Positions 35,014 to 42,779 of a stretch of 64,000 bases of DNA are shown here, in pieces (within the stretch, counting starts at the first letter, position 1; the number at the start of each line of letters is the position of its first letter). Below the pieces are notes generated by a model that saw nothing but the letters and a program-made list of their open reading frames with translations, did no database searches and had not been told where the DNA came from. A program made the position numbers and the translations under genes. Origin of the DNA: a virus; IMG/VR virus record IMGVR_UViG_3300028783_000001, positions 96,001-160,000 of that record; one strand, 5' to 3'.

Positions 35014-37203
35014 TTACCTTCCGATGCTACGAAGTGCCAGGCGAACGCGCGAGGACGTATCCCCACTATCGGTACCTGGGCCAGCCACCACACTCGAAGT
35101 AAATGTGGTCGATGCTACCGTACGGCTGCCCTTCACGAGATTGTCAGAGAGACCGACCGACGGGTCGATGTCTCGTGACTGAAAGGCAGCCTTTGCAACA
35201 AAGTTCGCGGCCTCGTTACGGGCTGCGTCGGGTTTGGCAGCGAGTTCATCCGCATAGGCGAATACACCCGTCACCAGTTCGTCGACGCAGGACGCGAATG
35301 CCTTGTCGACGATGGTCCGGGATTCGTGAACCCCGAGCTTGGCAAGGTCTGCAACCAGACGGTCGCGGACCGGATTCTTTAATTCAGGGACAACGCCCTT
35401 GATGGCGGCGAGCAGCGTGGTGCGAAGTGCCTGCTGATGACGCTCTACCGACTTGCTAGCCAGCTTCTGAGCATTCTCGCTTGACAACTCAGACGAGCGG
35501 CGCATTGCTGTTCGGATTGCATCGGTTCCAGTAACGCGGTAGCGAGTTGGTGTGAAGCCAAACTCCTTTGCGTCGGCGGCACGCAGACCATTGCGTGCAA
35601 CGTGAAGGAATGAAGTCTCTAGTGTAGCCGTCTCCCAGATCGCGTTGACGCCTGCGGAAGCCTTGGCGCGAATCAGGCGAGCAACGGGACGCCCACCAGA
35701 TACGACCCAGCGGTCATCCGTCTGCTTTGAAGCAACCAGTTCAATCGGTGCACTACGCCAGTCGACTAGCGAGTCGCCAGACAGCTCATCGTTGTGTAGG
35801 TTCTCATCGATAGTGGTATCGGGTGGGAACTCACCATCGTCAGCTGTAAAGTCGGTGCCGGGAGTGATGCTGTCACCACCTGGGCCGAGGTTCACTTCGC
35901 CGTCGATGTCTTCGCCGGTACCTGGGGTAACGTCGTCCATGCGGTCCATGGTCACGTCGGAGTTTAAGTTGTTCTCAAGACCGAGTGGATCCACCATCTC
36001 TGCAGCGGTAGCGCTCTTGGGATACTTAATCCCACGACGTGAATACTCGTTGCGAACAAACTTGGCGAGTGCTGCAACCACCTCCTGGTCCTCACCAATG
36101 TCCTCACCCATGTCGTCATCGATTGGGGACTCACCCGCACCATCGTCAACGATGTCGTCGGCACCAGGCTCTGTTCCGATTCCATCCTCACCGAGCCCAT
36201 CGAGGTCGTCGGCTACTGCCATACGCTTGCGAATAATTCGACGTAGCTTTGATGCAGCTTCCTGGACCTCAGTATCAACATCACCATCTTCGGCATCTTC
36301 AGTAGCTGCAGCGGCTAAGCGGCGCTTGATCCGACGACGCAGAAAAGCAATGGCTGCCAAGTCCTCGTCGTCACCTACCATGTCTGGGTCGGCTGCTGGG
36401 AGATCACCCTCACCATCATCACCTAGTCCCTCATCGCCACCAGCGTCAACGTCGGCGTCGTCGCCAGTAAAGTCGGGATCGACTTCATCACCTTCGTCGC
36501 CCATATCTTCACCGTCCGCGCCGTCAATACCCTGGATCTCGTCATCGGTTCCGATGTCATTCTCTTCATCGAAGGCTACGGCGGCGCGGCGCTTGGAACG
36601 TCTCACGCTAGCTACTAGCGCAGCAACAGCGTCTTCTGTCTCTGGGGAATCTTCTTCATCATCCATCCCAGCATCCTCATCGCCTTCATCGAGGTCACCC
36701 TCATCGCCTTCATCGAGGTCACCCTCATCGTCGCCGAAGTCGGGCTCCTCATCACCTTCCTCACCACCGATGTCGTCGTCACCGTAGTCTTCATCCTCAG
36801 GAACGTCGTCTCCACCGGTGTATTCTTCTGCCAGTGCTTTGACTAGCTGCATGGTGTCAATCCTTGGTTGGAAGCTGGAGGTGCAGACCGGGCAATGGAT
36901 TTCCTCGCCGGCAGCCTCAATAACGTCGGCAAGTGATGCTGATGCTACCAGCTTCGAATGGCAGTGAGCGCAGGTTCCAACGCTAACAAATGCGTTTTTG
37001 ATCTGGCGCTGGGTGATGGTCTCCTTGCGAGAAGATGCCACTTGCATCTGTTCACCGTCTACAGGGCTAAACGGCACCTGTGAGGCCAAACTAATTAGGC
37101 GATCACCAGATTCGGTGCGGTACGCAGCAACTTCTACGGAGCCCCCAGCTGGTGCCGCGAACAGCACCGGTGTTGCAGTGCTCTTTAGATTCAATCTTGA
37201 CAT
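35014..37203 (-). CDS. Prohead scaffolding/core protein with Zn ribbon and acidic tracts
   Basis: Likely start ATG 37203 (GGAG); CAHC...CPVC; alternating D/E-rich tracts and basic helices; upstream of decoration and capsid genes. Confidence 0.7.
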   Translation of the reverse strand: MSRLNLKSTATPVLFAAPAGGSVEVAAYRTESGDRLISLASQVPFSPVDGEQMQVASSRKETITQRQIKNAFVSVGTCAHCHSKLVASASLADVIEAAGEEIHCPVCTSSFQPRIDTMQLVKALAEEYTGGDDVPEDEDYGDDDIGGEEGDEEPDFGDDEGDLDEGDEGDLDEGDEDAGMDDEEDSPETEDAVAALVASVRRSKRRAAVAFDEENDIGTDDEIQGIDGADGEDMGDEGDEVDPDFTGDDADVDAGGDEGLGDDGEGDLPAADPDMVGDDEDLAAIAFLRRRIKRRLAAAATEDAEDGDVDTEVQEAASKLRRIIRKRMAVADDLDGLGEDGIGTEPGADDIVDDGAGESPIDDDMGEDIGEDQEVVAALAKFVRNEYSRRGIKYPKSATAAEMVDPLGLENNLNSDVTMDRMDDVTPGTGEDIDGEVNLGPGGDSITPGTDFTADDGEFPPDTTIDENLHNDELSGDSLVDWRSAPIELVASKQTDDRWVVSGGRPVARLIRAKASAGVNAIWETATLETSFLHVARNGLRAADAKEFGFTPTRYRVTGTDAIRTAMRRSSELSSENAQKLASKSVERHQQALRTTLLAAIKGVVPELKNPVRDRLVADLAKLGVHESRTIVDKAFASCVDELVTGVFAYADELAAKPDAARNEAANFVAKAAFQSRDIDPSVGLSDNLVKGSRTVASTTFTSSVVAGPGTDSGDTSSRVRLALRSIGR
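36675..36730. repeat. 24-bp tandem repeat (DEGDLDEG units) in the scaffold gene
   Basis: cctcatcgccttcatcgaggtcac twice plus a partial third copy. Confidence 0.85.
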
Positions 37204-37400
37204 CAGTGCTCTCCACGGTGGTTGGCTCATTATCGAGCCTGAGTGTTCGTGTGGGTATGATCTCGTGGCAATGTAATGCCAACTGTGATTCCGTTAGGAT
37301 GCACGCGCGGCGGCTTCCATGTATTAAATTGAATCTGAACGTAATGTAGCATTTAGAGTATGCACGGTTAGTAAAGATTTATTGGATTGGGAGAGCATTA

Positions 37401-37970
37401 ATGAGAGTGATGGGCATCGACCCTGGAGTCACAAACTTTGCAGTCGTCGTAATTGACGGTCACGACGTCGTGTATGCACGGATGATACAAAACACGATCC
37501 ATTCTATGGCTCGTGCGTGTTACGAGGAGCGTGCATTGCATAGGGATTCCATGCGCAAGCTCATGAAACATACGCGTCCCGATGTGTTATTGTTGGAACA
37601 GTTTGCCGTCCGTGGATTCGGCACGCAGCTTACGGAGGTCATAAATATAATGATCGGTGGAATACAGATGCTGTGTGATTCTGAAGGAGTTGCCGAGAAT
37701 GCTGTTATGGCATCTACGTGGAAGAAGTGCTTCAAGCAGATCGGTGACCTAGATGCGCTCTACTCCCACGCCAAGCTGCTAAACATGGAGCACCACGTAG
37801 TGGACGCTCTTTGCATAGCCTTCTTTATGAAAAACAACTTTGGATTCATAAAGGCGGACTGGAGACGGATAAAGAAGGGTTTGGAGGTATGCCGCATGTG
37901 GCTACTGAAAAATTCGGTTACGCATGTGAGGATTCCCAAGCCTAAGAAAAAGAAGGCGCGCGCGAAGTGA
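37401..37970 (+). CDS. RuvC-like Holliday junction resolvase
   Basis: MRVMGIDPG..NFA, PDVLLLEQF, ASTWKK, HVVDALCIA. Confidence 0.85.
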   Translation: MRVMGIDPGVTNFAVVVIDGHDVVYARMIQNTIHSMARACYEERALHRDSMRKLMKHTRPDVLLLEQFAVRGFGTQLTEVINIMIGGIQMLCDSEGVAENAVMASTWKKCFKQIGDLDALYSHAKLLNMEHHVVDALCIAFFMKNNFGFIKADWRRIKKGLEVCRMWLLKNSVTHVRIPKPKKKKARAK

Positions 37971-38425
37971 AGTGCTTAGTAGAGCCCTTGATGGAGGTTG
38001 GTGATCCCTGTAGCATATCTAGCTGCTGGATGCACAACTCCCGCGCACTTGGCAACTGCATGATTCACGACAGTGGTCATACGGAGATTACCAAGTTTGA
38101 CATAGCACGGATAAACGGCATCAAAGAGCGCGCCGCTCAGGAGATGGTGGATGCTGGAAAGGACAAGCTGGCACTGTGGCTCAAGCTAGTAGACGCGGCC
38201 GAGTGCATCCCGTTGGGTAGTGGATGCGGAAAATGTGGCCGGGTCAATTGCGCTGGGGATGGAACCTGCCAGCGCGTCGAGAATAAAATTGTTGAAATAT
38301 CAAAACGAACACCGTTGGCGGACGTCGTGGAGATGAACGCCGAGAAGTGGCGTGGTTTGATGACAGACCACGCATTGCTACTGCAGCAGGTGCTGCGAAT
38401 GTTGGAGAGACCAGATGGTAAATGA
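37967..38425 (+). CDS. Cys-rich hypothetical protein with possible HTH
   Basis: Several Cys clusters; ITKFDIARINGI segment; overlaps neighbours at start and stop. Confidence 0.55.
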   Translation: MKCLVEPLMEVGDPCSISSCWMHNSRALGNCMIHDSGHTEITKFDIARINGIKERAAQEMVDAGKDKLALWLKLVDAAECIPLGSGCGKCGRVNCAGDGTCQRVENKIVEISKRTPLADVVEMNAEKWRGLMTDHALLLQQVLRMLERPDGK

Positions 38426-39101
38426 TACACGAGATCGTTCGGTTGCTACGAAGCATGGTCAGGGACCTGGTGCACGGCCCATTAGCGGCAAGACTCGCAT
38501 GCGCCTTGCAGACTTGGAGCTGGAAGATAGCAACAGTGTCTATGTAATGACCAAGGCAACTAAGCTGATGGGCGTTCCATCACACGTGCTATTGCCGCAC
38601 AAGTCCACGCAGGGTGGCGAGACATTCGTCATTGAGATTCCAATGACGTTTGTTCCAATCGACCTAGCTGCCTATGCACCGAAGGCAGAGCTACTACGCA
38701 ACCCCGACCTCATGCGACAGCTGAACAATGGTGTTCTCATATTGATGAGTTCAGAAGACGCCGAGCATGCACTCGACAACGACACTGCAATGCATGAGAT
38801 CGACCGCCTACAGGCCGTGCGTCAGGCCAAGCTAGTGCATACGCCGAACCACGTCGAGGACGACATGGCGTTCCGCGCCATGCATCCAGACGCTCAGGTT
38901 CCACGTGGAGCACCAGGTGAGCTTAATGTTGAGACGGCCAATGTTCAGACACCCGTGGTTGACATCATGGAGAACAAGGACTACAGCGACGATGACCGCC
39001 TTGTCATGCTTCGTAACCTGCTAGACATCATGACCGACGTCGACAAGCGCTATGTTCGTAGCAAGACGCGCGACGCTCGCATTCTTGCGATTGTGGGTTA
39101 G
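38415..39101 (+). CDS. Hypothetical protein
   Basis: 228 aa ORF, GGAG RBS. Confidence 0.7.
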   Translation: MVNDTRDRSVATKHGQGPGARPISGKTRMRLADLELEDSNSVYVMTKATKLMGVPSHVLLPHKSTQGGETFVIEIPMTFVPIDLAAYAPKAELLRNPDLMRQLNNGVLILMSSEDAEHALDNDTAMHEIDRLQAVRQAKLVHTPNHVEDDMAFRAMHPDAQVPRGAPGELNVETANVQTPVVDIMENKDYSDDDRLVMLRNLLDIMTDVDKRYVRSKTRDARILAIVG

Positions 39102-39103
39102 TA

Positions 39104-40036
39104 ATGGCTGACAAGAGCTACCCACCATGGGATCACATCTCCGTATTGGTTGATAGCGCTGACGACATAGAGGGATTCTACCGGCACAAACACAACCTGT
39201 TGCCGGTAAAAACCCCCGCGACTATTGTTGCACCATTCAAGGAAAGAAGCGTCGCGGACATATACCTCGCGATGCAGCGCGGCCTAAAGAAAACTTTGAA
39301 AGGAGAAGACATGTCAAATACAGACGTGATGGAAGAAGAGTTTAGGGAGCGAGCAGAGTGGCTCGACCGCCAGGTTGCCGCAGACATGCGCCCCGACGTG
39401 ATTCCAATTCTCGACGACGGGCGCAGTCCAAACGCGCAGATTGTCACGGGCAGGAGTAAGTTTGATACTATCAGCGATAATGATTTATCAGCGATGGTTA
39501 CTGCTGCCAAGAATCGGCGCGGCAATCCACCAGAACCTGCGACAACGCTACTCGACCAAGCAATGAAGTGGATACACGAGTGGCTAGGAGAAAAGATTGA
39601 ATCGCGAAATGTAGCACGTCACGAGGATGCCGTACGTGACTTCGTCATTGCGTCTATGACTGATGAGAAATTAACACTAACTGCACGTAGTGCAATCTTA
39701 GAGCTATCGGCGTTTGGCGCATGGGTAGAGAGTCGGTTTGGACAGCGACATTCTGCTACCGACCTGTATCACGGTGACTACTTCGTGTCCAGTACAGATT
39801 CTGTAACCGAGGTCATACACATTCGTATATGGATGGAGTTTAAGCGTACAACTCGTGAAGCATACAACGAGGGCCAATGGAACGTTGGTAGCTACATGTA
39901 TGGAGTCGGTAGCGGCATCGTAGGTTTGCGGCAGCGCCTTCGCAATCTTCCTCCGCTCTATGGACGTCCTAAAATATTCAACGAGCATACATGTGCACCA
40001 GTAGCTTCAGACCCCAACGAATCAAGCGTAATGTAG
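39104..40036 (+). CDS. Hypothetical protein
   Basis: 310 aa ORF in the plus-strand operon. Confidence 0.7.
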   Translation: MADKSYPPWDHISVLVDSADDIEGFYRHKHNLLPVKTPATIVAPFKERSVADIYLAMQRGLKKTLKGEDMSNTDVMEEEFRERAEWLDRQVAADMRPDVIPILDDGRSPNAQIVTGRSKFDTISDNDLSAMVTAAKNRRGNPPEPATTLLDQAMKWIHEWLGEKIESRNVARHEDAVRDFVIASMTDEKLTLTARSAILELSAFGAWVESRFGQRHSATDLYHGDYFVSSTDSVTEVIHIRIWMEFKRTTREAYNEGQWNVGSYMYGVGSGIVGLRQRLRNLPPLYGRPKIFNEHTCAPVASDPNESSVM

Positions 40037-40044
40037 GAGCAACT

Positions 40045-40704
40045 ATGTTTGGATTTGACAAGGCCCTCCAGTTACTGAAGGCTGGAAACCTCGTTCATAG
40101 GTCAGGGAAGTGGGACGACGACGAGTTTATCTACCTAGTCAGAGGTGGGAGCTTCATCGTTAACCGCGCACCGCTGCTGGGGATCTTCCCCAGTGGCACT
40201 ATCTGCACGTACAAGAGTCGTATAGATCGCAACGACGGTAACGGAACCCTCAGTGGTGCTGGGCTAACCGACGACGACCTACTCGCAGAGGACTGGGAGA
40301 TGACCGACGTCATGGACCGCGCGTTTATTGACCACGTCACGAAGACAGACCACGCACCCTTACCAATAGATACCGATACCGACGGGCCATTGACTTGGCC
40401 ACTCAATCTGATAAGCGATGAGCAATGCGTGGTCATTACCGACTTTAGCTTGGGCGGAATTACCAGCGCGCAAGACGACTTTGCTGTCAAGTATGGTTCT
40501 ATCGCAAGCTACATTGCAATTGGCTACAGTGATATAGCTGAGTGGGCCGAGAGCATTCCCGACTACGGCGATCACCTGGTAACAGGGACATCAGCATCTA
40601 TCATAGAGCACGGGTACCTCGGTCGGCTGCAAGGACGGGTAGCATGTACTGATGCCTACTTGCGGCCACAGCTCAGGTTCATCGAACGCAGCTTCGTCTG
40701 CTAA
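40045..40704 (+). CDS. DUF2829 / Tad2-like domain fused to a capsid-protein-like segment
   Basis: Start ATG 40045 (AGGAG). N-domain F..AL..LK.G..V.R.G.W...FIYLV...DLLAEDW; C-domain aligns without gaps to the capsid protein of this window. Confidence 0.75.
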   Translation: MFGFDKALQLLKAGNLVHRSGKWDDDEFIYLVRGGSFIVNRAPLLGIFPSGTICTYKSRIDRNDGNGTLSGAGLTDDDLLAEDWEMTDVMDRAFIDHVTKTDHAPLPIDTDTDGPLTWPLNLISDEQCVVITDFSLGGITSAQDDFAVKYGSIASYIAIGYSDIAEWAESIPDYGDHLVTGTSASIIEHGYLGRLQGRVACTDAYLRPQLRFIERSFVC

Positions 40705-40715
40705 GTGAGGTAGTA

Positions 40716-40979
40716 ATGATCAGAAGAATTGTTACTTGCAAAGGCCCACGATACTCTGGGGCGGACCTCGACGTAGCCTTCCAGCTATTCCGAGATGGGC
40801 TAGTATGTGACGGCAGCCTCGCTAGCAAGGCGAGTCGTAACTACCTAGTTGATGAGGGTTATGCCGTTCGTAAGAGCGGTTATCAAGCACTGACGGGAAA
40901 AGGCACGATTGCATTCCTAACGCATCCACGCGTTTGGCTCTACTTGTTCCGGCGTTGGAAACGTAGCTGGTGGTGTTGA
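40716..40979 (+). CDS. Hypothetical protein (possible winged helix)
   Basis: 87 aa, GAGG RBS; LVDEGYA...ALTGKG pattern. Confidence 0.55.
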   Translation: MIRRIVTCKGPRYSGADLDVAFQLFRDGLVCDGSLASKASRNYLVDEGYAVRKSGYQALTGKGTIAFLTHPRVWLYLFRRWKRSWWC

Positions 40980-41350
40980 TCATGAATGAATGGCAGGTAA
41001 TTCAGCACTGGCAGGGTGTGGTCGATGAAGTCGATATGGAGACAGGGCTCTACTACGCCGAACTGGTAGACATCACAGCAGGCCATACGCGGGCTTCAGA
41101 GCGAGTGTATGGTCTAGCAATCTCAATGCTCGATGAATGTGAACGCAAGTTTGTCGTTGTGGGAGGGATCTTCGACTGGACGATTAGCCGGCGAGATGCG
41201 CAGTTGCGCGACTCGGTTGGTGAAATTATTCCAGGGGTCGACGAGACGAAGGGTGAAATCGTGTTTCGCAAGGAACGCTGGTCGAAAGCTGATCTTGAGG
41301 CAGGACGCATTGAAGCCGAGAGACTGTTTGATGCGATTAAGTTTGAATAG
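40970..41350 (+). CDS. Hypothetical protein
   Basis: 126 aa ORF ending before the terminator. Confidence 0.6.
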   Translation: MVLIMNEWQVIQHWQGVVDEVDMETGLYYAELVDITAGHTRASERVYGLAISMLDECERKFVVVGGIFDWTISRRDAQLRDSVGEIIPGVDETKGEIVFRKERWSKADLEAGRIEAERLFDAIKFE

Positions 41351-41367
41351 GCTGAATCCAGACACAG

Positions 41368-41405
41368 AAAAACCCCGGAGACCAGTTAAGGTCTCCGGGG
41401 TTTTT
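41368..41405. terminator. Bidirectional intrinsic terminator
   Basis: AAAAACCCCGGAGACC-AGTTAA-GGTCTCCGGGGTTTTT between convergent transcription units. Confidence 0.9.
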
Positions 41406-41408
41406 GTT

Positions 41409-41484
41409 TGGAGCGGGCAGCGCGACTCGAACGCGCGACATCTGACTTGGAAGGACAGTGCTCTACCAACTGAGCTATACCCGC
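41409..41484 (-). tRNA. tRNA-Gly (TCC)
   Basis: GCGGGTATAGCTCAGTTGGTAGAGC..CTTCCAA..GTTCGAGTC..CCCGCTCCA, 76 nt, encoded CCA. Confidence 0.95.
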
Positions 41485-41491
41485 GATTGCG

Positions 41492-42160
41492 TTACATCGA
41501 GCGGATAGCCACGAGACCTGCTAGGGAGTGATGGCCTAGGTGGACGCGTCTTCCGCGCCCGTTACCGCTCAACGTCATACCGTTGCCAGCATATATCCCA
41601 GTGTGGTGTCTCCAGACTAGGACGGCACCCGGCTTTAGTTCGGAAGCGTGACCAAAGTAGCGCCAATCAATGGCGCGGTCAGACTGAACAGGAGTGCCAC
41701 CGGCCAACGCTACCCACTTGCGCATCGCTGCTGCGCACCATGGACCACGTTGATTTGTGAAGTTTCCGTAACCAATATAGTTTGACGCGACTCCCAGAAG
41801 GCTGCGAGATCCGGCATAGACCTTAAACGGGATTCGCCGCGCATATGCAAACGACCGACGCACGGGTCGAAAGAAGTGCGAATGGTAGGCGTTTGACATT
41901 CCGGTCGCTGCACGTCCGTAGACGTAAGTAGACCGGCGGTAGGCAACAGAGTAGGCGGCTTGTGGTGCGCCCGACATTCCATTGAGGAAGGAAGTTAGTG
42001 GATCCACCTCTGCTACTGGTGCCGCGACCGCCGTGTGGTAGCGGTGGCTGTAGTGGTAAGAGTAGCGATAATGGTGGTGGTGATAACCCCGCGCGAGCGA
42101 TGGCATCGTTGTCATGAGGATTGCTATTACGGCGATCCAGATTGTTTTAGCATTAGGCAT
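41492..42160 (-). CDS. Secreted CHAP/NlpC-like peptidoglycan peptidase
   Basis: Start ATG 42160 (GGAG); signal peptide; His/Tyr/Arg-rich linker; GPWCAAAM...AIDW..FG..PGAVLVWRHHTGI..LSGN. Confidence 0.75.
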   Translation of the reverse strand: MPNAKTIWIAVIAILMTTMPSLARGYHHHHYRYSYHYSHRYHTAVAAPVAEVDPLTSFLNGMSGAPQAAYSVAYRRSTYVYGRAATGMSNAYHSHFFRPVRRSFAYARRIPFKVYAGSRSLLGVASNYIGYGNFTNQRGPWCAAAMRKWVALAGGTPVQSDRAIDWRYFGHASELKPGAVLVWRHHTGIYAGNGMTLSGNGRGRRVHLGHHSLAGLVAIRSM

Positions 42161-42255
42161 GTATTCTCCATTAGGGTGCTGCGAGCCGGAGTGCTCGCGG
42201 GTTGTGAGGCTTGCGCGCTTCGTTTCTATCCTCTCTGTTACGGGCAGCAATGGGT

Positions 42256-42585
42256 TTAGACAGTCAACTTAGTGACTGCAACGGTGTGGCTCAGGGCCTC
42301 TCTGGCCTGGGCAATGGGAACGGCCGGGCCAGCGAATGGCCTCCAGCCCTTTACGAATAGCGGACTGTTTGGGTCCGCAAATAGGTGACCTAGGTGAGCG
42401 ACATGATGTTGTACGCTGGTAATAGCTGCACCTGTCGGAAGGCCATTTACGTTTGGTTGGCGTAGCCTGAGGCGGGCTAACGCAGCGCGGTCATTGTCAC
42501 CGTCCATGACGACGGGAATGAGCCCAATAGTTTGGCCAGCCTTGTCGGTGACCACGAGGTCAAATCCATATAGGGAGTCGGTCAT
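42256..42585 (-). CDS. Hypothetical protein
   Basis: Likely start ATG 42585 in a TAATG overlap with a small upstream hydrophobic ORF. Confidence 0.5.
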   Translation of the reverse strand: MTDSLYGFDLVVTDKAGQTIGLIPVVMDGDNDRAALARLRLRQPNVNGLPTGAAITSVQHHVAHLGHLFADPNSPLFVKGWRPFAGPAVPIAQAREALSHTVAVTKLTV

Positions 42586-42779
42586 TAAAATTCTCGCTGT
42601 AGGTGGTAGACGACCTTGCAGAAGAAGATGTAGAGGTAGAGGGTAGCAACTCCAACGGTCATTAATACGATGATGTAGAGACCAAACATCCAGGATGGAT
42701 CGTGCCACCTATCAAGGGGTAGTCGTGGGTGATAGCGAAGGTATTTGACAAGTGCGGAACTGGCGCGGTGCATATCAAC

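Noticed and set aside
35645-36787. 380-aa Ser-rich plus-strand ORF and many similar antisense ORFs across 12-22 kb
   Set aside because: Shadow frames of low-complexity minus-strand genes, with no RBS or recognisable motifs.
42745-42776. Plus-strand TTGACA as a promoter
   Set aside because: No acceptable -10 box at 16-18 nt spacing and no plus-strand gene downstream.
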